Source: Eledone cirrhosa
Taxonomy: Eukaryota
Assembly: GCA_964016885.1 (NCBI GenBank)
Contig: OZ024762.1
Span: 28,830,001 to 28,894,000 of the forward strand
Reading direction: 5' to 3'
DNA length: 64,000 nt
Part shown: positions 30,001 to 43,100 of the stretch, piece by piece
How positions within the stretch are numbered: the first letter of the stretch is position 1
How the letters are laid out: each line of letters begins with the position of its first letter
The notes under the pieces: generated by a model
Seen by the model: the letters and a program-made list of their open reading frames with translations, nothing else
What the model was told of the DNA's origin: nothing
Databases searched by the model: none
Translations under genes and position numbers: made by a program

Positions 30001-33000
30001 ATATGGTAGTTGAAGTGGTGTTGGTGGTTGCAATGATATACCGGAAGTGTTGACATCACACTCTCTCTTTCTATATATATGGTAGTTGAAGTGGTGGTGG
30101 TGGTGGTGACAATGATATACTGGAGTTGTTGACATCACACTCTCTCTTTCTATATATATGGTAGTTGAAGTGGTGGTGGTGGTGGTGGCAATGATATACC
30201 GGGTGTGTTGACATCACACTCTCTCTTTCTATATACATGGTAGTTGAAGTGGTGGTGGTGTCAATGATATACCGGAGGTGTTGACATCACACTCTCTCTT
30301 TCTATATATATGGTAGTTAAAGTGGTGGTGGTGGTGGTGGCAATGATATACCAGAATTGTTTAAATCACACTCTCTCTTTCTATATACATGGTAGTTGAA
30401 GTGGTGGTGGTGGTGGTGGCAATGATATGCCGGAAGTGGTGGTGGTGGGGGAAATGATATACCCGGAGTGTTGACATCACACTCTCTCTTTCTATATATT
30501 TGTTAGTTGAAGTGGTGGTGGTGGTGGTGGCAATGATATACTGGAAGTGTTGGCATCACACTCTCTCTTTCTATATATATGGTCGTTGAAGTGGTGGTGG
30601 CGGTGGTGGCAATGATATACCGGAAGTGTTGACATCACACTCTCTCTTTCTGTATATATGGTCGTTGAAGTGGTGGTGGTGGTGGTGGCAATGATATACC
30701 GAAAGTGTTGACATCACACTCTCTCTTTCTATATATATGGTAGTTGAATTGGTGGTGGTGGTGGCAATGATATACCGGGAGTGTTGACATCAAGCTCTCT
30801 CTTTCTATATATATGGTAGTTGAAGTGGTGGTGGTGGTGGTGGCAATGATATACCGGAGGCGTTGACATCACACTCTCTCTTTCTATATATATGGTAGTA
30901 GAAGTGGTGGTGGTGGTGGTGGTGGGGGAAATGATATACCGGGAGTGTTGACATCACACTCTCTCTTTCTATATATATGGTAGTTGAAGTCGTGATGGTG
31001 GTGGCAATGATATACTGGAAGTGTTGACATCACACTCTCTCTTTCTATATATATGGTAGTAGAAGTGGTGGTGGTGGTGGTGGTGGCAATGATATACTGG
31101 AAGTGTTGACATCACACTCTCTCTTTCTATATATATGGTAGTTGAAGTCGTGATGGTGGTGGCAATGATATACTGGAAGTGTTGACATCACACTCTCTCT
31201 TTCTATATATATGGTAGTTGAAGTGGTGGTGGTGGTGGTGGCAATGATATACTGGAAGTGTTGACATCACACTCTCTCTCTTTCTATATATATGGTACTT
31301 GAAGTGGTGGTGGTGGTGGTGGCAATGATATATTGGAAGTGTTGACATCACACTCTCTCTTTCTATATACATGGTAGTTGAAGTGGTGGTGGTGGTGGTG
31401 GGGGAAATGATATACCGGGAGTGTTGACATCACACTCTCTCTTTCTATATATATGGTAGTTGAAATGGTGGTGTTGGTTGCAATGATATACCGGAAGTGT
31501 TGAAATCACACTCTCTCTTTCTATATATATGGTAGTAGAAGTGGTGGTGGTGGTGGTGGCAATGATATACCGGAGGCGTTGACATCACACTCTCTCTTTC
31601 TATATATATAGTAGTTGAAGTGGTGGTGGTGGTGGTGGTGGTGGTGGTGGCAATGATATACCGGAGGCGTTGACATCACACTCTCTATTTCTATATATAT
31701 GGTAGTTGAAGTGGTGGGGGTGGTGGCAATGATATACCGGAGGTGTTGACATCACACTCTCTCTTTCTATATATATGGTAGTTGAAGTGGTGGTGGTGGT
31801 GGTGGTGGTGGCAATGATATACCGGAAGTGTTGACATCACACTCTCTCTTTCTATATATATGGTAGTTGAAGTGGTGGTGGTGGTGGTGGTGGTGGTGGT
31901 GGCAATGATATACCGAAAGTGTTGACATTACACACTCTCTTTCTATATATATGGTAGTTGAAGTGGTGGTGGTGGTGGTGGTGGTGGTGGTGGTGGTGGT
32001 GGTGGTGGCAATGATATACCGAAAGTGTTGACATCACACTCTCTCTTTCTATATATATGGTAGTAGAAGTGGTGGTGGTGGTGGTGGGGGAAATGATATA
32101 CCGGGAGTGTTGACATCACACTCTCTCTTTCTATATATATGGTAGTTGAAATGGTGGTGGTGGTGGCAATGATATACCGGAGGTGTTGACATCACACTCT
32201 CTCTTTCTATATATATGGTAGTAGAAGTGGTGGTGGTGGTGGTGGTGGCAATGATATACCGGAGGTGTTGACATCACACTCTCTCTTTCTATATATATGG
32301 TAGTAGAAGTGGTGGTGGTGGTGGTGGTGGCAATGATATACCGGAGGTGTTGACATCACACTCTCTCTTTCTATATATATGGTAGTAGAAGTGGTGGTGG
32401 TGGTGGTGGCAATGATATACCGGAAGTGTTGACATCACACACTCTCTTTCTATATATATGGTAGTTGAAGTGGTGGTGGTGGTGGCAATGATATACCGGA
32501 GGTGTTGACATCACACTCTCTCTTTCTATATATATGGTAGTTAAAGTGGTGGTGGTGGTGGTGGCAATGATATACCAGAATTGTTGACATCACACTCTCT
32601 CTTTCTATATACATGGTAGTTGAAGTGGTGGTGGTGGTGGTGGCAATGATATGCCGGAAGTCGTGGTGGTGGGGGAAATGATATACCCGGAGTGTTGACA
32701 TCACACTCTCTCTTTCTATATATTTGTTAGTTGAAGTGGTGGTGGTGGTGGTGGCAATGATATACTGGAAGTGTTGGCATCACACTCTCTCTTTCTATAT
32801 ATATGGTCGTTGAAGTGGTGGTGGCGGTGGTGGCAATGATATACCGAAAGTGTTGACATCACACTCTCTCTTTCTATATATATGGTAGTTGAAGTGGTGG
32901 TGGTGGCAATGATATACTGGAAGTGTTGACATCACATCCTCTCTTTCTATATATATGGTAGTAGAAGTGGTGGTGGTGGTGGCAATGATATACCGGGAGT

Positions 33001-35652
33001 GTTGACATCACACTCTCTCTTTCTATATATATGGTAGTTGAAGTGGTGGTGGTGGTGGCAATGATATACCGGGAGTGTTGACATCAAGCTCTCTCTTTCT
33101 ATATATATGGTAGTTGAAGTGGTGGTGGTGGTGGTGGCAATGATATACCGGAGGCGTTGACATCACACTCTCTCTTTCTATATATATGGTAGTAGAAGTG
33201 GTGGTGGTGGTGGTGGGGGAAATGATATACCGGGAGTGTTGACATCACACTCTCTCTTTCTATATATATGGTAGTTGAAGTCGTGATGGTGGTGGCAATG
33301 ATATACTGGAAGTGTTGACATCACACTCTCTCTTTCTATATATATGGTAGTTGAAGTGGTGGTGGTGGTGGTGGCAATGATATACTGGAAGTGTTGACAT
33401 CACACTCTCTCTCTTTCTATATATATGGTAGTTGAAGTGGTGGTGGTGGTGGTGGTGGTGGTGGTGGCAATGATATACCGAAAGTGTTGACATTACACAC
33501 TCTCTTTCTATATATATGGTAGTTGAAGTGGTGGTGGTGGTGGTGGTGGTGGCAATGATATACCGAAAGTGTTGACATCACACTCTCTCTTTCTATATAT
33601 ATGGTAGTAGAAGTGGTGGTGGTGGTGGTGGGGGAAATGATATACCGGGAGTGTTGACATCACACTCTCTCTTTCTATATATATGGTAGTTGAAATGGTG
33701 GTGGTGGTGGCAATGATATACCGGAGGTGTTGACATCACACTCTCTCTTTCTATATATATGGTAGTAGAAGTGGTGGTGGTGGTGGTGGTGGCAATGATA
33801 TACCGGAGGTGTTGACATCACACTCTCTCTTTCTATATATATGGTAGTAGAAGTGGTGGTGGTGGTGGTGGTGGCAATGATATACCGGAGGTGTTGACAT
33901 CACACTCTCTCTTTCTATATATATGGTAGTAGAAGTGGTGGTGGTGGTGGTGGCAATGATATACCGGAAGTGTTGACATCACACACTCTCTTTCTATATA
34001 TATGGTAGTTGAAGTGGTGGTGGTGGTGGCAATGATATACCGGAGGTGTTGACATCACACTCTCTCTTTCTATATATATGGTAGTTAAAGTGGTGGTGGT
34101 GGTGGTGGCAATGATATACCAGAATTGTTGACATCACACTCTCTCTTTCTATATACATGGTAGTTGAAGTGGTGGTGGTGGTGGTGGCAATGATATGCCG
34201 GAAGTCGTGGTGGTGGGGGAAATGATATACCCGGAGTGTTGACATCACACTCTCTCTTTCTATATATTTGTTAGTTGAAGTGGTGGTGGTGGTGGTGGCA
34301 ATGATATACTGGAAGTGTTGGCATCACACTCTCTCTTTCTATATATATGGTCGTTGAAGTGGTGGTGGTGGCAATGATATACTGGAAGTGTTGACATCAA
34401 GCTCTCTCTTTCTATATATATGGTAGTTGAAGTGGTGGTGGTGGTGGTGGCAATGATATACCGGAGGCGTTGACATCACACTCTCTCTTTCTATATATAT
34501 GGTAGTAGAAGTGGTGGTGGTGGTGGTGGGGGAAATGATATACCGGGAGTGTTGACATCACACTCTCTCTTTCTATATATATGGTAGTTGAAGTCGTGAT
34601 GGTGGTGGCAATGATATACTGGAAGTGTTGACATCACACTCTCTCTTTCTATATATATGGTAGTTGAAGTGGTGGTGGTGGTGGTGGCAATGATATACTG
34701 GAAGTGTTGACATCACACTCTCTCTCTTTCTATATATATGGTACTTGAAGTGGTGGTGGTGGTGGTGGCAATGATATACTGGAAGTGTTGACATCACACT
34801 CTCTCTTTCTATATATATGGTACTTGAAGTAGTGGTGGTGGTGGTGGCAATGATATATTGGAAGTGTTGACATCACACTCTCTCTTTCTATATACATGGT
34901 AGTTGAAGTGGTGGTGGTGGTTGTGGTGGTGGTGGTGGCAATGATATACCGGAGGTGTTGACATCACACTCTCTCTTTCTATATACATGGTAGTTGAAGT
35001 GGTGGTGGTGGTTGCAATGATATACCGGAAGTGTTGACATCACACTCTCTCTTTCTATATATATGGTAGTAGAAGTGGTGGTGGTGGTGGTGGCAATGAT
35101 ATACCGGAGGCGTTGACATCACACTCTCTCTTTCTATATATATAGTAGTTGAAGTGGTGGTGGTGGTGGTGGTGGTGGTGGTGGCAATGATATACCGGAG
35201 GCGTTGACATCACACTCTCTATTTCTATATATATGGTAGTTGAAGTGGTGGGGGTGGTGGCAATGATATACCGGAGGTGTTGACATCACACTCTCTCTTT
35301 CTATATATATGGTAGTTGAAGTGGTGGTGGTGGTGGTGGTGGTGGCAATGATATACCGGAAGTGTTGACATCACACTCTCTCTTTCTATATATATGGTAG
35401 TTGAAGTGGTGGTGGTGGTGGTGGTGGTGGCAATGATATACCGAAAGTGTTGACATCACACACTCTCTTTCTATATATATGGTAGTAGAAGTGCTGGTGG
35501 TGGTGGTGGGGGAAATGATATACCGGGAGTGTTGACATCACACTCTCTCTTTCTATATATATGGTAGTTGAAGTGGTGGTGGTGGTGGTGGCAATGATAT
35601 ACCGGAAGTGTTGACATCACACTCTCTCTTTCTATGTATAGGGTAGTTGAAG

Positions 35653-35683
<31 letters not shown>

Positions 35684-36184
35684 TGCAATGATATACCGTG
35701 AGTGTTGACATCACACTCTCTCTTTCTATATATATGGTAGTTGAAGTGGTGGTGGTGGTGGCAATGATATACCGGAGGTGTTGACATCACACTCTCTCTT
35801 TCTATATATATAGTAGTTGAAGTGGTGGTGGTGGTGGTGGTGGTGGTGGTGGTGGTGGCAATGATATACCGGAAGTATTGACATCACACTCTCTCTCTTT
35901 CTATATATATGGTAATGGAAGTGGTGGTGTTGGTGGTGGTGGTGGTGGTGGCAATGATATACCGGAAGTGTTGACATCAGACACTCTCTTTCTATATATA
36001 TGGTAGTTGAAGTGGTGGTGGCAAAGATATACCGGAAGTGGTGGTGGTGGGGGAAATGACATACCGGGAGTGTTGACTTCACACTCTCTCTTTCTATATA
36101 TATGGTAGTTGAAGTGGTGGTGGTGGTCGTCGTGGTGGCAATGATATACCGGAAGTGTTGACATCACACTCTCTCTTTCTATAT
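1..36184. repeat. Satellite A: tandem array, monomer GCAATGATATACCGGAAGTGTTGACATCACACTCTCTCTTTCTATATATATGGTAGTTGAA + (GTG)n (61+3n bp; n about 3-24), roughly 430-450 copies, continues beyond the left edge
   Basis: Uninterrupted head-to-tail repetition read directly. Neighbouring ORF-track entries are offset by 76, 79, 82 bp etc., matching 61+3n. Composite of (GTG)n, (CA)n, (CT)n and (TA)n micro-tracts; G-rich on the + strand. Confidence 0.98.
11000..17500. repeat. Near-perfect 3257-bp higher-order tandem duplication within satellite A (boundaries approximate)
   Basis: Rare variants recur 3257 bp apart: poly-G tract at about 12612 and 15869; TGTTGGTGGGGG at 11076 and 14333; essentially identical ORFs at 11772/15029, 12399/15656 and 13817/17074. 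Confidence 0.92.
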
Positions 36185-37309
36185 AAGGTGTTTGCACTCA
36201 CTCAGAAGTGGGCAGAGTGCAAACTGTCCTTGAAAGGTCGAGCGGAGGTGGCGAACACTTTCATAGCGTCCGTCATCTACCACCGCTTGACTGTCGTGCC
36301 TTGTCCCCGTGAACACCTCGCCAAGATGGAACGCATGCTCTTCCAGTTTCTGTGGAAGAAGCAGGCTCCGCTGGTGAGGAGATCCGTCTGCTGTCAGCAC
36401 CCTTCCAACGGAGGGCTGGGAATGCCGTGGCTGATGATGCGCAAACATGCGCTGAGGCTGCGGCATCTCCAGGTATTCCTCATCGACCCCCAACCGGTGT
36501 GGGCACCGTTTGTGAGACAGGCTTTCCCACAGCTCGTCTCGCTAACGGAGCTGCAGTCCTGGGTGAAGAAAAGACCGAAAACGATAGGCGTCTGGCACAT
36601 TGAATGCGCTCAGGCGCTCACAGTCCTCTGGCAAGCGGGCGCAGCAATCAGTGGAGACTCCACTTCGACATTCTATAGAGGGATTGTACGTTACAAGGGC
36701 GACGACATGCTCGGAGAGACTCTGGGCGTCGAAGACCATGAGCTCACCAGTATGTTTGGTAGGACTTTCCGCCCGGGATCTATGGACAACTTCCAGAGGT
36801 CCCTGACCTGGCAGTGCTAACGAGGATCTCTACCGGTTCGTGACAAGATCTACAGGCACGGACGCCCTGGCAGGGATCCTTCCAAGAGGACGTGTCCAAG
36901 ATGTGCGCAGGACATTGAAACAGTTTTGCACGCAATTGTACACTGCCCGGGCGTAAGCGACCTGTGGAACTATGCAGAACAACTGCTGTCGCGTATGGGA
37001 CAAATACAGTTAACTGCCGAGTCCATAGTAAGGATCAAACCGCCAGACTCTTTCAAAAACGAAAGAGAGGCGGTTTTCCTCTGTACGGTGGCTATGGTGA
37101 AAGAAGTTATATGGTAGACGAGGTCGAGAGGACTGAGGACAGATGCCTTTCTCTCCGGACAACAATTGATTCCCTTCTTTAAGTATCACTTTAGAAGGAG
37201 AATCAGGGTGGAGAGAGAGGCACTGCACCCCAGTAAATTTACTGAAAGGTGGGTGAATGAAGCGAAAATGGCCCGAGTGATTGGGCCTTCTCTGTTTATA
37301 AGCCTGTAG
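36185..37309 (+). pseudogene. Disrupted ORF2 C-terminal fragment (post-RT region and CCHC zinc knuckle) of LINE copy 1
   Basis: Translates like about residues 775-1148 of ORF2 at 56182-59628, but has premature stops TAA (36818-36820; TAC in copy 2) and TAG (37115-37117; TGG in copy 2). Lacks the endonuclease and RT core. Confidence 0.93.
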
Positions 37310-37533
37310 GTTGAAGAAGAGAGCAAAAGGAAGAAAGGAGCACTTGCACAACACGCTCCTCGAGTTGAGGGTTGTTCTATCGACGGGGTATTAAACAACC
37401 CATTTGTGGTGCCTCCCCCCTATTGGGGATTTCGATTGTTGAAATTGTTTGTTTTTAAATTTTTTACATGACTGTATGTAAAATCCCCGGCATGTCTTTG
37501 TATTGTCCCCTTTCTTGTTGCGCCCTTGTGGCT

Positions 37534-37539
37534 AATAAA
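37534..37539 (+). promoter_or_regulatory. AATAAA polyadenylation signal at the 3' end of LINE copy 1
   Basis: GCT-AATAAA-GAAATC immediately before the satellite B junction; same position in copy 2. Confidence 0.65.
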
Positions 37540-40149
37540 GAAATCTATCTAATGTACAGTATAGTGGCTATCACCATAGTGGACCTAGGACTACATTATC
37601 TAATGTACTGTATAGTGGCTATCAGACATAGTGTACCTAGGACTACATTATCTAATCTATAGTAAAGTGGCTATCAAACATAGTGTATCTAGGACTACAT
37701 TATCTAACGTACAGTATAGTGGCTATCAGACATAGTGATCCTAGGACTACGTTATATAATGTACAGTATAGTGGCTATCAGACATAGTGTATCTAGGACT
37801 ACATTATCTAATGTACAGTATAGTGGCTATCAGACATAGTCTACCTAGGACTACATTATCTAATGTACAGTATAGTGGCTATCAGACATAATGTACCTAG
37901 GACTACATTATCTAACGTACAGTATAGTGGCTATCAGTCATAGTGTACCTAGGACTACATTATCTAATGTACAGTATAGTGGCTAACAGACATATTGTAC
38001 CTAGAACTACATTATCTAATGTACAGTATAGTAGCTATCTGACGTAGTGTACCTAGTACTACATTATATAATGTACAGTATATGGCTATCAGACATAGTG
38101 TATCTAGGACTACATTATCTAATGTACAGTATAGTGGCTATCAGACATAATGTACCTAAGACTACATTACCTAATGTACAGTTTAGTGGCTCTCAGACTT
38201 AGTGTATCTAGGACTACATTATATAATGTACAGTATAGTGGCTATCAGACATAGTGTACCTAGGCTACATTATCTAATGTACAGTATAGTGGCTATCAGA
38301 CATAGTGTACCTAGTACTACAATATCTAATGTACAGTAAAGTGGCTATCAGACATAGTGTACCTAGGACTACATTATCTAATGTACAGTATAGTGGCTAT
38401 CAGACATAGTGTATCTCGGAGTACATTATCTAATGTACAGTATAGTGGCTACCAGACATAATGTACCTAGGACTACATTATCTAATGTACAGTATAGTGG
38501 CTATCAGACATAGTGTACCTAGGACTACATTATCTAATGTACAGTATAGTGGCTATCAGACATAGTGTACCTAGGACTACATTATCTAATGTACAGTATA
38601 GTGACTATCAGACATAGTGTATCTAGGACTACATTATCTAATGTACAGTATAATGGCTATCAGACATAGTGTACCTAGGACTACATTATATAATGTAGAG
38701 TATAGTAGCTATCAGACATAGTGTATCTAGGACTACATTATCTAATGTACAGTATAGTGGCTACCAGACATAATGTACCTAGGATTACATTATCTAATGT
38801 ACAGTATAGGGGCTATCACCATAGTGTACCTAGGACTACATTATCTAATGTACAGTATAGTGGCTATCAGACATAGTGTACCTATGACTACATTATCTAA
38901 TGCACAGTATCGTGGCTATCAGACGTATTGTACCTAGGACTACATTATCTAATGTACAGTATAGTAGCTATCAGACATAGTGTATCTAGGACTACATTAT
39001 CTAATGTACAGTATAGAGGCTATCAGACATAGTGTATCTCGGACTACATTATCTAATGTACAGTATAGTGGCTATCACCATAGTGTACCTAGGACTACAT
39101 TATCTAATGTACAGTATAGTGGCTATCACCATAGTGTATCTAGGACTACATTATATAATGTACAGTATAGTGGCTATCAGTCATAGTGTACCTAGGACTA
39201 CATTATCTAATGTACAGTATAGTAGCTATCAGACATAGTGTATCTAGGACTACATTATCTAATGTACAGTATAGAGGCTATTAGACATAGTTTATCTAGG
39301 ACTACATTATCTAATGTACAGTATAGTGGCTATCAGACATAGTGTACCTAGGCTACATTATCTAATGTACAGTATAGTGGCTATCAGACATAGTGTACCT
39401 AGGACTACATTATCTAATGTACAGTATAGTGGCTATCAGACATAGTGTACCTAGGACTACATTATATAAGGTACAGTATAGTGGCTATCAGACATAGTGT
39501 ACCTAGGCTACATTATCTAATGTACAGTATAGTGGCTATCACACATAGTGTGCCTAGTACTACATTATCTAATGTACAGTATAGTGGCTATCAGACATAG
39601 TGTACCTAGGACTACATTATCTAATGTACAGTATAGTGGCTATCAGACATAGTGTACCTAGGACTACATTATCTAATGTACGCTATAGTGGCTATCAAAA
39701 ATAGTGTATCTAGGACTATATTATCGAATGTACAGTATAGTGGCTATCAGACATAGTGTACCTAGGACTACATTATATAATGTAGAGTATAGTATCTATC
39801 AGGCATAGTGTATCTAGGACTACATTATCTAATGTACAGTATAGAGGCTGTCAGACATAGTGTATCTAGGACTACATTATCTAATGTACAGTATCGTGGC
39901 TATCACACATACTGTACCTAGGACTACATTATCTAATGTATAGTAAAGTGGCTATCAAACATAGTGTATCTAGGACTACATTATCTAATGTACATATTGT
40001 ACCTAGAACTACATTATCTAATGTACAGTATAGTAGCTATCTGACTTAGTGTACCTAGTACTACATTATCTAATGTACAGTATAGTGGCTATCAGACATA
40101 GTGTGCCTAGTACTACATTATCTAATGTACAGTATAGTGGCTATCAGAC

Positions 40150-43100
40150 ATAGTGTACCTAGGACTACATTATCTAATGTACAGTATAGTGGCTATCAGA
40201 CATAGTGTACATAGGACTACATTATCTAATGTACGGTATAGTGGCTATCAGAAATAGTGTATCTAGGACTATATTATCGAATGTACAGTATAGTGGCTAT
40301 CAGACATAGTGTACCTAGGACTACATTATATAATGTAGAGTATAGTATCTATCAGACATAGTGTATCTAGGACTACATTATCTAATGTACAGTATAGAGG
40401 CTGTCAGACATAGTGTATCTAGGACTACATTATCTAATGTACAGTATCGTGGCTATCAGACATACTGTACCTAGGACTACATTATCTAATGCATAGTAAA
40501 GTGGCTATCAAACATAGTGTATCTAGGACTACATTATCTAACGTACATATTGTACCTAGAACTACATTATCTAATGTACAGTATAGTAGCTATCTGACTT
40601 AGTGTACCTAGTACTACATTATATAATGTACAGTATAGTGGCTATCAGACATAGTGTATCTAGGAGTACATTATCAAATGTACAGTACAGTGGCTATCAG
40701 ACATAGTGTACCTAGGACTACATTATCTAATGTACAGTATAGTGGCTATCAGACATAGTCTACCTAGGACTACATTATCTAATGTATAGTAAAGTGGCTA
40801 TCAAACATAGTGTATCTAGGACTACATTATCTAATGTACAGTATAGTGGCTATCAGACATAGTGTACCTAGGACTACATTATCTCATGTACAGTTTAGTG
40901 GCTCTCAGACTCAGTGTATCTAGGACTACATTATCTAATGTACAGTATAGTGGCTATCAGACATAATGTACCTAGGACTACATTATCTAATGTACAGTTT
41001 AGTGGCTCGCAGACATAGTGTATCTACGACTACATTATATAATGTACAGTATAGTAGCTATCAGACATAGTGTATCTAGGACTACATTATCAAATGTACA
41101 GTACAGTGGCTATCAGACATAGTGTACCTAGGACTACATTATCTAATGTACAGTATAGTGGCTATCAGACATAGTGTGCCTAGTACTACATTATCTAATG
41201 TACAGTATAGTGGCTATCAGACATAGTGTACCTAGGACTATATTATCTAATGTACAGTATAGTGGCTATCAGACATAGTGTACCTAGGACTACATTATCT
41301 AATGTACGGTATAGTGGCTATCAGAAATAGTGTATCTAGGACTATATTATCGAATGTACAGTATAGTGGCTATCAGACATAGTGTACCTAGGACTACATT
41401 ATATAATGTAGAGTATAGTATCTATCAGACATAGTGTATCTAGGACTACATTATCTAATGTACAGTATAGAGGCTGTCAGACATAGTGTATCTAGGACTA
41501 CATTATCTAACGTACAGTATAGTGGCTACCAGACATAATGTACCTAGGACTACATTATCTAATGCACAGTATAGAGGCTATCAGACATAGTGTATCTAGG
41601 ACTACATTATCTAATGTACAGTATAGTTGCTGTCAGACATAGTGTACCTTGGACTACATTATCTAATGTACAGTATAGTGGCTATCAGACATAGTGTATC
41701 TAGGACTACATTATCTAATGTACAGTATAGTGGCTACCAGACATAATGTACCTAGGACTACGTTATCTAATGTACAGTATAGTGGCTATCACCATAGTGC
41801 ACATAGGACTACATTATCTAATGTACTGTATAGTGGCTATCAGACATAGTGTATCTAGGACTACATTATCTATTGTACAGTATAGTAGCTATCAGACATA
41901 GTGTACCTAGGACTAGATTATCTAATGTACAGTACGGTGGCTATCAGACATAGTGTACCTAGTACTACATTATATAATGTACAGTATAGTGGCTATCAGA
42001 CATAGTGTACCTAGGACTACATTATCTAATGTGCAGTATAGTGGCTATCAGACGTAGTGTACCTAGGACTACATTATCTAATGTACAGTATAGTGGCTAT
42101 CAGACATAGTGTACCTAGGACTACATTATCTAATGTACAGTATAGTGGCTATCAGACATAATGTACCTAGGACTACATTATCTAATGTACAGTATAGTAG
42201 CTATCAGACATAGTGTATCTAGGACTACATTATATAATGTACAGTATAGTGGCTATCAGACATAGTGTACCTAGGTTACATTATCTAATGTACAGTATAG
42301 TGGCTATCAGACATAGTGTACCTTGTACTACATTATCTAATGTACAGTATAGTAGCTATCAGACATAGTGTACCTAGGACTACATTATCTAATGTACAGT
42401 ATAGTGGCTATCAGACATAGTGTACCTAGGACTGCATTATCTAATATACAGTATAGTGGCTATCAGACATAGTGTACCTAGGACTACATTATCTAATGTA
42501 CGGTATAGTGGCTATCAGAAATAGTGTATCTAGGACTATATTATCGAATGTACAGTATAGTGGCTATCAGACATAGTGTACCTAGGACTACATTATATAA
42601 TGTAGAGTATAGTATCTATCAGACATAGTGTATCTAGGACTACATTATCTAATGTACAGTATAGAGGCTGTCAGACATAGTGTATCTAGGACTACATTAT
42701 CTAATGTACAGTATCGTGGCTATCAGACATACTGTACCTAGGACTACATTATCTAATGCATAGTAAAGTGGCTATCAAACATAGTGTATCTAGGACTACA
42801 TTATCTAACGTACATATTGTACCTAGAACTACATTATCTAATGTACAGTATAGTAGCTATCTGACTTAGTGTACCTAGTACTACATTATATAATGTACAG
42901 TATAGTGGCTATCAGACATAGTGTATCTAGGAGTACATTATCAAATGTACAGTACAGTGGCTATCAGACATAGTGTACCTAGGACTACATTATCTAATGT
43001 ACAGTATAGTGGCTATCAGACATAGTCTACCTAGGACTACATTATCTAATGTATAGTAAAGTGGCTATCAAACATAGTGTATCTAGGACTACATTATCTA

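Larger units (their letters stand above)
36185..37545 (+). mobile_element. 5'-truncated L1/Tx1-clade non-LTR retrotransposon (3' 1.36 kb; copy 1)
   Basis: Colinear with 58504-59864 at a constant offset of 22319 with no net indel and about 19 substitutions by eye (about 98.6% identity). Includes the ORF2 C-terminus, 3'UTR and AATAAA. Confidence 0.96.

Noticed and set aside
1-36184. CRISPR-like repeat/spacer arrangement
   Set aside because: The variable parts are only (GTG)n length variants, not unique spacers. No cas genes; eukaryotic LINE context.
1-36184. Telomeric repeat array
   Set aside because: G-rich on one strand but has no TTAGGG or TTAGG units; a subtelomeric location cannot be judged from this window.
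167-36197. About 100 His/Pro/Thr-rich minus-strand ORFs (possible metal-binding peptide gene array)
   Set aside because: They are translations of (CAC)n in three frames of a 61+3n monomer. The frame shifts every unit, stops recur at a fixed monomer position, and 2-bp indels are tolerated, so there is no sign of coding constraint.
38980-39238. Short ORFs MYLGLHYLMYS... in satellite B
   Set aside because: Chance read-through created by 51-bp monomer variants.
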